Both the position numbers and the translations under genes were made by a program. The notes beneath the pieces were generated by a model. It did no database searches, was not told the origin of the DNA, and saw only the letters and a list, made by a program, of their open reading frames with translations. A stretch of 64,000 nucleotides of DNA from an uncultured delta proteobacterium. GTDB taxonomy: Bacteria; Desulfobacterota; Binatia; Binatales; Binataceae. The stretch is from the NCBI GenBank assembly GCA_963808235.1, contig CAWEEQ010000004.1, positions 2,336,001 to 2,400,000 on the forward strand, written 5' to 3'. Positions 41,053 to 49,473 of the stretch are shown here, in pieces. Numbering within the stretch: the stretch's first letter is position 1; each line of letters opens with the position of its first letter.

Positions 41053-42120
41053 TTATGGAATCACCGCACATTTGAGCGCCGCGCCGCGCTCGAGCATCGA
41101 AAATACTTCCGCCAGATCGCCAAGCCGCCTCCGCGCGTTGACGATCGCGCCGGCATTCAGCCCGCGCCCCGCCAGCAACTCGTAGGCGCGGCGCACGTCG
41201 CGGGGGCGGAAATGAAACGGCGCAATCAAAGTTAAATTGTCGTAATGCATCCGGCGCGTATCGACACGAAGCTCTGTGCCGGCCGGACATCCACCGAAAA
41301 ACACCACCCGTCCACCGCGTCGCACCCGCGCGAGCGCATCCTGCCAACCCTCGACCTGCCCCGTGCATTCGATCACGAGGTCGGGTCCGAAGCCGCTGTT
41401 GACTCTTGCGATCTCATCAGCCGCGTCGACGCCGCGCGCATCGACCACCGAGTCGGCGCCCAGCTCCGAGGCCCACTTGAGACGCTCCGCGCCGCGCCCG
41501 ACGACGACCACCTCGCGCACGCCCGACGCTTTTAGCACCAGCATGTGCAGCAGGCCGAACGCGCCGGCGCCGATAATCACCACGGTTTCGGATTTTTCCG
41601 GCCGCGCCATTTCGTTCGCGTGAACCACGCATGCGAGCGGTTCGAGCAGCGCCGCTTCCTCGAACGGCAGATTTGCGGGCTTGATAAAAGTGTTTCGCGC
41701 GACCACGTGCTGCGGCAGAAGGAGCAGGTCCGCGTACGCACCGAGCACCATCCGCCCGACCGCATCGGCGCAGAGATTTTCCTGTCCGTGCTGGCAATAG
41801 AAACAAATCCCGCATGGCGCGGTCGGCGCCGCCATGATCTCGTCGCCGACCTTGAATGCGCTCACGCCCGCGCCACGCTCTTCCACCACGCCCGAGAACT
41901 CGTGCCCGAACGGAGTCGGCATCTTCCACAGCGGATGCCCGCGCCGGAAAGTTTTGAGATCTGTGCCGCAGCTCAATGCGCACCGAACCCTGATCAGCAG
42001 TTCACCCGGCCCCGGATCAGGCGGGGTAAAGTCGCGCAACTCGAGTCGGCCTGGCTCGACTAGCACCGCCTGGCGCGATTGCGTCTGCGATATGTTCAGC
42101 GTTCGTTCCGCAGCGCTCAC
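41053..42120 (-). CDS. Zinc-dependent MDR dehydrogenase (sorbitol/threonine dehydrogenase-like)
   Basis: CGTD, GHE, structural Zn site CGICFYC..LC, EPLAC and GAGAFG; GTG start overlaps the ispA stop. Confidence 0.88.
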   Translation of the reverse strand: MSAAERTLNISQTQSRQAVLVEPGRLELRDFTPPDPGPGELLIRVRCALSCGTDLKTFRRGHPLWKMPTPFGHEFSGVVEERGAGVSAFKVGDEIMAAPTAPCGICFYCQHGQENLCADAVGRMVLGAYADLLLLPQHVVARNTFIKPANLPFEEAALLEPLACVVHANEMARPEKSETVVIIGAGAFGLLHMLVLKASGVREVVVVGRGAERLKWASELGADSVVDARGVDAADEIARVNSGFGPDLVIECTGQVEGWQDALARVRRGGRVVFFGGCPAGTELRVDTRRMHYDNLTLIAPFHFRPRDVRRAYELLAGRGLNAGAIVNARRRLGDLAEVFSMLERGAALKCAVIP

Positions 42121-43007
42121 AGTTTGCGCTCCACTACAAATGTCGCGAGCTCGCGCAGCGCAATCGCGCGCTCGTCGAAGCTCGCGAGTGCGCAATGAGC
42201 CCGGCTTTCGAGCTCGCGCGCCAAGTCGAGCGAGCGCTCGACTCCCAAAATTGCGGGATAGGTTGCCTTCCCACGCTCGCTGTCTTTCTGCGTCCGCTTG
42301 CCCATCTGCTCGGAGTTGCCCTGGACGTCCAGCAGGTCATCGACAACCTGAAACGCGAGACCGAGCGCACGCGCGTACGCGTCGAGCGACTCGATTTGCG
42401 CCGGGGTCGCGCCACCCATCCGCGCGCCGCCGCGTACCGACGCCAAAAATAGCGCGCCGGTCTTTCTGCCGTGCAGTTCCTCGAGCTCCTCGAGCGTTTT
42501 CGTCTTGCCCTCGCCGAGCAGATCGATCACCTGCCCGCCGACCATGCCCTCCGATCCCGCGGCACTCGCAAGTTCCGCAATCGTCTCGAGGACAATCGGC
42601 GCCGCCACGCCCGCCGCGGTTGCGCGCGCAAGTACCTTGAACGCGTCGGTCAGCAGCGCATCGCCCGCCAGCGTCGCGATCGCCTCGCCATAGACTTTGT
42701 GATTGGTCGGCCGCCCGCGGCGAAAGTCGTCATCGTCCATGCACGGCAGATCGTCGTGAATCAGCGAGTAGGTGTGAATCATCTCCACCGCGCACGCCAG
42801 ATCGATCGCCGCCACGATCTTCCCGCCGACCGCCTCGCACGACGCGAGCGCGAGCACCGGCCGCAGCCGCTTGCCGCCCGCGAGCAGACTGTAGCGCATC
42901 GCCTCCATCAGGCGCGCCGAGGCGCCCGCGGGAGTGTCCACGCATTTCGCAAGCGCCAACTCAACCAACTGGGCGCGTTCTTTTAGATAGTGGTTGAGAA
43001 CGAACAC
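42117..43007 (-). CDS. ispA: Farnesyl diphosphate synthase (polyprenyl synthetase)
   Basis: GGKRLRP, HDDLPCMDDDDFRRG, GQ..D, KTG and FQVVDD motifs. Confidence 0.92.
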   Translation of the reverse strand: MFVLNHYLKERAQLVELALAKCVDTPAGASARLMEAMRYSLLAGGKRLRPVLALASCEAVGGKIVAAIDLACAVEMIHTYSLIHDDLPCMDDDDFRRGRPTNHKVYGEAIATLAGDALLTDAFKVLARATAAGVAAPIVLETIAELASAAGSEGMVGGQVIDLLGEGKTKTLEELEELHGRKTGALFLASVRGGARMGGATPAQIESLDAYARALGLAFQVVDDLLDVQGNSEQMGKRTQKDSERGKATYPAILGVERSLDLARELESRAHCALASFDERAIALRELATFVVERKL

Positions 43008-43089
43008 TCTTCTTTTTTCTTTTCTCTCCCGATGGGGATAAATTTCCCCGGCGGAGTCCGGAACAGGCGCAGGCGTTGAAATCGCCCGG

Positions 43090-44094
43090 TTAGGATACGT
43101 AGTGACGGACCATCCGCCACGAGTCTTTCAGATTCTTGCCGAAATCGAGCGCGACCGTGCCTTCAAAGCCCGAGTGCAGCTTGCAATCGCGGCAGCGAAA
43201 ATCCTGCTTGGTCCGGTAGTACTCCCAATCGGTCGCCTCGTGCATTTCCGAAAGGGTCTTGTAGTGACCGTTGGTTATCAAATAGCACGGCCCCTTCCAT
43301 CCCTGCGGATTGCGCGTCACCGTGGTCCACGGGCTGCACTGCAGATCGCGCTTGCCAACCAGGTAATCAAGATAAATAGGCGTGTTGATTATCTTGTAGT
43401 CGTCGGACATGTCGCGAACTTTCACGAACTTCGCCGGCATCTCTTCTTTCTTCAGGTACTCCTCGTCGTTGTTAAGCACCTGGTAATGATATCCGGGGCT
43501 GAGCAGCATCCCATCAACACCGAGACTCGTCAGGTACTTGACCATCGACTCCAGTTCCTCGCTGGTGGTCTCGCGGAAGACGGTCGTATTCGTCTGAACG
43601 CGATAGCCCTTCTCCTTCAGCATCTTGATCATCTTTACGACGATATCGAAATGCCCATGCCGGTCGACGACGCGATCGTTGGTCTCGCGCATCCCGTCCA
43701 GATGCAGGTTGAAGCTCAAGTACGGACTTGGGCCTACTTGCTTGACGAAGCGCTCGAGCAAAATCGCATTGGTGCAGATCATGACGTGACGCTTTTGGTC
43801 CTCGATCAGGCCCATGGTCAGCGCCGCGATATGCTTGTACATCAGCGGCTCGCCGCCGCAGATTGAAACGATCGGAGCGCCCGCTTCCTCGGCCGAATGC
43901 AACGCCTCATCGAGCGGCATCATGTCGCGAATCGTTTCCTTGTACTCGACTATTCGCCCGCATCCGATACACGCGAGATTGCACGCATGCAGCGGCTCGA
44001 GCATCAACACCAACGGAAAATATTTTTCCCCCGCACGCTTCTTCGCGCGCATGTACTTGCCGAGATCGATCATCTGTCTTAGAGGAATGCGCAT
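43090..44094 (-). CDS. hpnH: Adenosylhopane synthase (radical SAM)
   Basis: PLVLMLEPLHACNLACIGCG, GGEP, CSPW and GWKGPCYL motifs. Confidence 0.92.
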   Translation of the reverse strand: MRIPLRQMIDLGKYMRAKKRAGEKYFPLVLMLEPLHACNLACIGCGRIVEYKETIRDMMPLDEALHSAEEAGAPIVSICGGEPLMYKHIAALTMGLIEDQKRHVMICTNAILLERFVKQVGPSPYLSFNLHLDGMRETNDRVVDRHGHFDIVVKMIKMLKEKGYRVQTNTTVFRETTSEELESMVKYLTSLGVDGMLLSPGYHYQVLNNDEEYLKKEEMPAKFVKVRDMSDDYKIINTPIYLDYLVGKRDLQCSPWTTVTRNPQGWKGPCYLITNGHYKTLSEMHEATDWEYYRTKQDFRCRDCKLHSGFEGTVALDFGKNLKDSWRMVRHYVS

Positions 44095-44136
44095 GATGGG
44101 CCGTTCTCCCTGGTAACTGGAAATATGTCCGGCGGC

Positions 44137-44805
44137 TTAGGCGCCGCCGGGTGATGAAGATGATGGCGACGACTTTGACGCATCGCCGAACAGCCATTCC
44201 CCGACCATCGCGATGGCCCCTTCCGGGTCGACCGCCTGCGCGCCGAGGAACAAATACTCGATCAGCAAACCGTTGAGCGCCGAGAGCAGGAAACCGGCTG
44301 CCACCTCGGGCGCCGAACGCCGCGGGCAGATTCCTTTCTTTTGCGCGCTCGCGATCAACTCGATCAGCATCGTCCGATAGCCGGTGTAGAGCTTGAGCAC
44401 CTGGTCGTTGAGGCTCTCGGATAGCTGCTGATCGTGGAGCATCTGCGCCAGGAAAAAGCGCACCGAGCTCGCATTGTCGCGTACGAAAAGCAGGTAGAAC
44501 TCGACCAGCTTCTGTATCTGGGCGCGCTCGTCCATCGCCGCCGCTTCTTCGGCAAAGTCGATAACGTACGGCTCGAGCAGCCGGTTCAGGACCGCGACGA
44601 ACAGCTCTTCCTTGGTCTTGAAATGCCAGAAAATCAGCGCCTTGCTGACCCGCGCCTCGCGCGCGACCTCCGACATCGACGTCTCATGAAAGCCACGACT
44701 CGCGAACAGGTTCATCGCGGCCTTCAGGATTTCGTCACGTGAATCCTGCGACTGCGTTCGTGGTTCGTTAGAGCTAGCGCCTACTTTGACCTGCGATGCG
44801 CCCAT
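44137..44805 (-). CDS. TetR/AcrR family transcriptional regulator heading the hpn operon
   Basis: ILKAA..LFA.RGF..TSMSEVA..A.VSKALIFWHFKTKEEL helix-turn-helix. Confidence 0.92.
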   Translation of the reverse strand: MGASQVKVGASSNEPRTQSQDSRDEILKAAMNLFASRGFHETSMSEVAREARVSKALIFWHFKTKEELFVAVLNRLLEPYVIDFAEEAAAMDERAQIQKLVEFYLLFVRDNASSVRFFLAQMLHDQQLSESLNDQVLKLYTGYRTMLIELIASAQKKGICPRRSAPEVAAGFLLSALNGLLIEYLFLGAQAVDPEGAIAMVGEWLFGDASKSSPSSSSPGGA

Positions 44806-44928
44806 AATACCTATCTGAAACCCTTATCTTCCCCGTTTTCCGCATGGCGCCGGGCGGCCCGTCCTTAGCCAAATTCGGCCTACGACGCGCCGTTTCCAGC
44901 CGCAGCCGACTCCAACCGCCGATACCGC

Positions 44929-45008
44929 TAACCATTCGGTCAATCGAAGATTTATCGTCACACTGCCGAAATGTCAAGAGCATACAGTCCGAGCGGTCAG
45001 TCGGTCAG
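44929..45008 (-). promoter_or_regulatory. Putative promoter and TetR operators of the hpn operon
   Basis: Minus-strand TTGACA at 44972-44977, flanked by imperfect palindromes TAACCATTCGGTCA (44929-44942) and ACAGTCCGAGCGGTCAGT (44984-45001) plus an extra CGGTCAG half-site. Confidence 0.5.
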
Positions 45009-45051
45009 GAAGGTTGTCGATGATGTTTCACGTGCGAAACTCGTTCGCTAA

Positions 45052-46095
45052 CTAGCTGATTTGATGGGTTAAATTTATTTCAAGTCCGTCGTGGACGGCC
45101 GACCGTCGGGCAGCGTCGATAAGCTCAAGCGCCGTCCGCGCCTCGGCCAGGTTGCGCCGCGCCGTCGGCGATTCGGTTCCTTCGGTAACTGCCTGTTCAA
45201 ACTCCGCCGCTACCGCGCCGAACCACGCCGAATGGTAGGAGTCGTCGGCAACGTCGGCGACGGACAGATTCTCGGCCGCATCAGTGCGGTCGGTCAGAGT
45301 CACGCGATCGCCTTCGATCTCTATACATGCGCGCTCGCCGTAAATTACCGCTGAAGTTCGCCGAATCGGCGCCCGCCACGATAGATGCGCCCGCGCGATG
45401 CATCCCGAAGAAAACGCGACGCGAAGGTCGGCCAGGTTTTCCGCATCGCCACCGGCGGGCAATTCAAGATGCGCCGAGATAGCGGTCGGCACGTCGCCGG
45501 CCAACAGCCATTGCATCAGGTAGAAGACGTGCCATCCGTGATCGATCAAAATTCCGCCGCCGGACTTCGCCGAGGCTCGCCACTTCCCGCCGCTACCGCC
45601 CGCACCCGCAGGCTCGGTACGGAGTCGATCGATCGAGATGAATCGAATGTCGCCAAGCCGCCCCGCTTCGATAGCTCTGCGCGCGACCGCATACGCCGGC
45701 GCATACTTCCAATTATGCACGCACATCAGCACCCGCCCCTGATTCGCCGCAAGCGCCGCGAGTTCATCAAACTCGCCGAGCTCGAGACATAGCGGCTTCT
45801 CGACGATCACATGCGCGCGAGCATTCAGCGCCGCGCGAACCGACTCAGCATGAAACCCAGGCGGACTGGCAATATCCACAAAGTCAGGCGACTCCCCGTC
45901 AAGCATCAACTCCAGGTCATCATAAACACGAACACTCTTAATCAGCCTAATAGCCTCATGCCGCCGCTCGGAGATTGGATCGTGAACAACTGTAAGCGAG
46001 ATATTCTCCCGCGACCACCAGCCAGGAAGATGCGCCCGAGCAGCAACCTCCCCAAACCCAGAAATCGCCCCCCGCAATTTCGCGCTAGTCACCAC
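45052..46095 (-). CDS. Gfo/Idh/MocA family oxidoreductase
   Basis: GFGEVA, IASPP..H, HVIVEKPL and GGGILIDHGWH motifs. Confidence 0.9.
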   Translation of the reverse strand: MVTSAKLRGAISGFGEVAARAHLPGWWSRENISLTVVHDPISERRHEAIRLIKSVRVYDDLELMLDGESPDFVDIASPPGFHAESVRAALNARAHVIVEKPLCLELGEFDELAALAANQGRVLMCVHNWKYAPAYAVARRAIEAGRLGDIRFISIDRLRTEPAGAGGSGGKWRASAKSGGGILIDHGWHVFYLMQWLLAGDVPTAISAHLELPAGGDAENLADLRVAFSSGCIARAHLSWRAPIRRTSAVIYGERACIEIEGDRVTLTDRTDAAENLSVADVADDSYHSAWFGAVAAEFEQAVTEGTESPTARRNLAEARTALELIDAARRSAVHDGLEINLTHQIS

Positions 46096-46155
46096 CGCGC
46101 CGATCAGTTTCAGCTAAAGCGACGATACGAGCAACCGCCGCATCCGGACTCTTCA

Positions 46156-46250
46156 GTGGCACAGGCGTCTCCGCCCTGATTGATGCGAAAAAACTAATGG
46201 CACGGGCGTCCCTGCCCGTGAGATTGATTGCGCGAGCTTCCTGCTCGCGC
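46156..46250. repeat. Cluster of REP-like palindromes
   Basis: GTGGCACAGGCGTCTCCGCCCTG (46156) and TGGCACGGGCGTCCCTGCCCGTG (46198), each followed by ATTGAT, then GCGCGAGC-TTCCT-GCTCGCGC (46230). Confidence 0.65.
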
Positions 46251-46301
46251 CACCAACCCTCACTCCTCCTCAGATGCCCAAACCCATCGGTACCTACCTA
46301 C

Positions 46302-46541
46302 TCAAATCTCATCACGCAAAATTCGCGTCCCGACCACCAATGCAGTCGCGCCCGCGGTGGACATAAGTACCGCGCCGACGAAGTTATGCGCACGCACGCC
46401 CAAGATCTCGAAAATTATTCCGCCGACCACGCCGCCCACCAGCCCGAGCATGATGTCGCAGAACATCCCGTAACCGACGCCGTTGATTATTTTCCCGGCG
46501 AGCCATCCGGAGACCAGCCCGACGATTATCCATTCAAACAT
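46302..46541 (-). CDS. GlsB/YeaQ/YmgE family stress-response membrane protein
   Basis: WIIVGLVSGWLAG..G.G...DI.LG.VGG.VGG pattern. Confidence 0.85.
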   Translation of the reverse strand: MFEWIIVGLVSGWLAGKIINGVGYGMFCDIMLGLVGGVVGGIIFEILGVRAHNFVGAVLMSTAGATALVVGTRILRDEI

Positions 46542-46723
46542 GATTCGCGATCCTCCCGGTTGATACCCGCGCCACCCCAAAAGTGGCGACAGCTTTCATC
46601 AAGCGTTAGAGCAAGAGCGCTGCCATCGGAAATCGCGATAGTTTCTGGGGGAATCGTGCGCAGTCGCGGGCAGTAACGATGCCGCATTCGAACTGCACGC
46701 CAGATTGTGACTGCGGCAGTATT

Positions 46724-47575
46724 TTAAATGTAAAGCGACGCCATCTTCTTGAGCGTGCCTTCCGAGGACTCGAAGGTGAGATCGCCAAGGCCGGCGACGA
46801 AGCTATGCGCGCCGGCGGCGGCGAACTCCTTCAACCCGTCCTGCACTTTGGCCCGATCGCCGGGGATGCCGCCCATTATCGTGATGTCGAGCTTTGAGAA
46901 ATCGCGTCCGACGGCGGCGCACTCGCGCTTGAGTTCATCGACTCGTTCCTTGAACGCGGGAGCATTCAAGCGAATTGGACACCATCCGTCGGCCCATTTC
47001 GCAACGCGTTTCAGCGCGTTCTTGTCGAGGCTGCCGATCAACACCGGCGGCCCGGACTTCTGCACCGGCTTGGGAAAGGAACGAATCGACGGGAACTTGA
47101 CGTAACGGCCGTCGACTTCGGACTGGTCTTCGGTCCAGAGCTTGCGCATCGCCGCGACCATCTCCGCCGTTTGCGTCCATCGGCGCGGGAAATCGACGTG
47201 GAACAATTCGCTCTCCTCCCGCAGCCACCCGGCGCCAATCCCGAACAGGACGCGGCCGCCCGAGTATGCATCCAAAGTTGCGATTTGCTTGGCGAGCGCG
47301 ATCGGCTCGTGCTCTGGGACCAAACAGATTCCGGTCGCGAGTTTCAGATTCTTCGTTACCGAGGCTGCCATGCTGAGCGCCACGATTTGATCGCCCATCT
47401 GATGATACACCGGCGGAATCGGGCCGCCGCCGGGAAACTGAGTTTTGGGATTGGAGGGCACCGCAGGATGCTCCGGAACCCAGATCGATTCAAAGCCGAG
47501 CGATTCGGCAACTCGCGCGAACTCCGCGGGATGCGCATTCTTGCCGGTAAAGGGAGTGAGTAGACCGATTTTCAT
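46724..47575 (-). CDS. LLM-class (probably F420-dependent) oxidoreductase
   Basis: AESLGFESIWVPEH, LAKQIATLD..SGGR..GIGAGW..EE and PKPVQ motifs. Confidence 0.88.
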   Translation of the reverse strand: MKIGLLTPFTGKNAHPAEFARVAESLGFESIWVPEHPAVPSNPKTQFPGGGPIPPVYHQMGDQIVALSMAASVTKNLKLATGICLVPEHEPIALAKQIATLDAYSGGRVLFGIGAGWLREESELFHVDFPRRWTQTAEMVAAMRKLWTEDQSEVDGRYVKFPSIRSFPKPVQKSGPPVLIGSLDKNALKRVAKWADGWCPIRLNAPAFKERVDELKRECAAVGRDFSKLDITIMGGIPGDRAKVQDGLKEFAAAGAHSFVAGLGDLTFESSEGTLKKMASLYI

Positions 47576-47600
47576 TGGATACCTCCGCGAAGGTAACGGC

Positions 47601-48077
47601 TCATTTCCAGGAGAAAAACTCTTGCGCGAATACGAACTTGCCGACGCCGGCAGCCTTGCCCGCCTGTCTGTCGACTTCCTGATCGCCGACCATCGTCGAT
47701 GAAGTCAGATCGACGCCGTATAACTCGGCAAGCTCGGTGATCATGCCGCCCTTGGGCTTGCGGCATTCGCATTTGTCGTCGTCGACGTGCGGACAGACCA
47801 GCCACCCGGTGAGGATGTCGCCGAGCTGGCGGTCGAGTTCCACGAGCGCGGCTTCGACGGCTTCCCGCTTGAACCATCCGCGCGCGATTCCGGACTGGTT
47901 GGTGACGACGAACATCAGATGGTCGTGCATCGGGCGGAGTTTCTCCGCCACGTTCGGCAGCAACTGGACGATCACGTTGCCCTTTGCATCGAGTGGCAGC
48001 GAGCGCGTCTCATTCAGCTTGACCAGCGTGCCGCCGAGATCGAAAAACAGCGCCGCGTTTCCATTCGGATTGGACAT
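47601..48077 (-). CDS. HAD-IIIA family phosphatase (GmhB-like)
   Basis: FFDLGGT, VTNQSG, CPH..CECRKP and MVGD motifs. Confidence 0.85.
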   Translation of the reverse strand: MSNPNGNAALFFDLGGTLVKLNETRSLPLDAKGNVIVQLLPNVAEKLRPMHDHLMFVVTNQSGIARGWFKREAVEAALVELDRQLGDILTGWLVCPHVDDDKCECRKPKGGMITELAELYGVDLTSSTMVGDQEVDRQAGKAAGVGKFVFAQEFFSWK

Positions 48078-48092
48078 CGAAAAAAACTTATC

Positions 48093-49460
48093 TTACGCGT
48101 GGCGCCAGTCAACGTGGTCGCGGACGTGCGCAAACACCTCGTCGAGGATTGCGATGCCGGCTTCCGCCTGCGCCTCCGTGATCACCAGCGCGGGATTGAT
48201 TCGAATCTTGGGGAAGTAGCCCATGATGACCAGTCCGCGCTTCAGGCATTCGGCAAAAATCAGCTCGGTGACTTTTTTGCCGAGCTGTTCTTTGCTCTTG
48301 AGATCGCGGACCAGCTCGACGCCGATCAGCAGACCCTTGCCACGAACGTCGCCGATGAATTCGTATTTTTCCTTGAGTTGCACGAGCCGCGAGAGCATCT
48401 GCGCGCCGACTCTGCGCGAATTCTCGACCAGGTGCTGTTTTTGAATCGCGCGGATCGTTTCCGCGACCGCAACCGCGGCAAGCGGGTTCCCGCCGTAACT
48501 CGATGACGACGCGCTCGGTTTCGAAAACGGCTCGGCCTTGCCGAGTTCGTCGCCGAGCAACACGCCTGAGACAGGGAAGCCGCTGCCCATGCCCTTGCCG
48601 ACGGTCACGATGTCGGGCTTTACGCCGCTGTGATCGACTCCCCACCACTTTCCGGTCCGTCCGAAGCCGGTGATCATCTCGTCGGCGATCAGCAGCGCGC
48701 CGAAATCCTTGGCCACGGATTTTACCGCGGGCATCCAGTCGTCGGGCGGTATCACGTTGCCGGCGGTCCCCTGCATCGGCTCCGCCACGATTGCCGCGAG
48801 CGCGCCGCCGCTGCTCATCTTGATCTGTTGGCGCGCGAAATCGACGCAGTAGAGGCCGCAGTCGGGATACTTCAACTGGAAGGGACACCGGTAGCAGTCC
48901 GCATACGGCATCGTGTACTGCCCGCCCTGCAATGGTCCGTAGCCTTGCTTGGATTCATCGCCGATAAGGCCGATCACGCCGCCGGTCTTGCCATGGAATC
49001 CACCCCAGAAACTCGCGACTTCGTGTTTTTTGGTCGCCGAGCGCGCTAGCCGTATTGCTGCTTCGACTGCTTCGGCGCCGCCGCTGTACAGATGCGCACG
49101 ATTGAGGCCGGCGGGTGCGACTTCGCTCAGAAGCTTGAATGCCGCGGCCCGCTCCTTCGTTGCAAACGTGCCGACCATCAGCCGCGACGCCTGATGCGCC
49201 AGCGCCTCTGCGAGCGCAGGATGCCCATGGCCCAGGCTCGCCACCGCTACCCCGGCGAAGAAATCGACGTAGGTGTTGCCGTCGGCGTCGGTGAGCGTAG
49301 CGCCTTCACCATGATCGAAGGCGACACCGGCGAGCAGCGAAATCCGCTGGCGGCCGGGCGCGATATAGCGCTGTTCGGTGTCGAAAATTTCTTTCGACTT
49401 GGGACCAGGGATGGCAGTTTTGATTGCCGGCAGTTTACCGTCGATGTTTGAGCTGGCGAT
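48093..49460 (-). CDS. Class III PLP aminotransferase (reading frame extends to an apparent ATC start at 49460)
   Basis: PGPKS..EQRY, GATLTDADGNTYVDFFAG.AVASLGH lie upstream of the ORF-track start; SGGAEA, ADEMITGFGRTG and GKG (PLP Lys) follow. Confidence 0.88.
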   Translation of the reverse strand: MASSNIDGKLPAIKTAIPGPKSKEIFDTEQRYIAPGRQRISLLAGVAFDHGEGATLTDADGNTYVDFFAGVAVASLGHGHPALAEALAHQASRLMVGTFATKERAAAFKLLSEVAPAGLNRAHLYSGGAEAVEAAIRLARSATKKHEVASFWGGFHGKTGGVIGLIGDESKQGYGPLQGGQYTMPYADCYRCPFQLKYPDCGLYCVDFARQQIKMSSGGALAAIVAEPMQGTAGNVIPPDDWMPAVKSVAKDFGALLIADEMITGFGRTGKWWGVDHSGVKPDIVTVGKGMGSGFPVSGVLLGDELGKAEPFSKPSASSSSYGGNPLAAVAVAETIRAIQKQHLVENSRRVGAQMLSRLVQLKEKYEFIGDVRGKGLLIGVELVRDLKSKEQLGKKVTELIFAECLKRGLVIMGYFPKIRINPALVITEAQAEAGIAILDEVFAHVRDHVDWRHA

Positions 49461-49473
49461 TTGCTTTAGTTCC

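Noticed and set aside
18517-41235. Long antisense ORFs (for example 18517-19419, 33508-34656, 38181-39374, 40345-41235)
   Set aside because: They are Arg/His-rich shadows of well-supported genes on the opposite strand, expected in high-GC DNA, and have no recognisable motifs.
46156-46250. Possible mini CRISPR array
   Set aside because: Only two imperfect repeats with a short spacer, no cas genes, and a hairpin form that fits REP-like elements better.
48093-49460. Calling the class III aminotransferase HpnO (aminohopanoid synthesis)
   Set aside because: The fold class is the same, but it is embedded in the NTP-transferase/ATP-grasp operon, not the hpn operon. I cannot confirm HpnO-specific similarity without a search.
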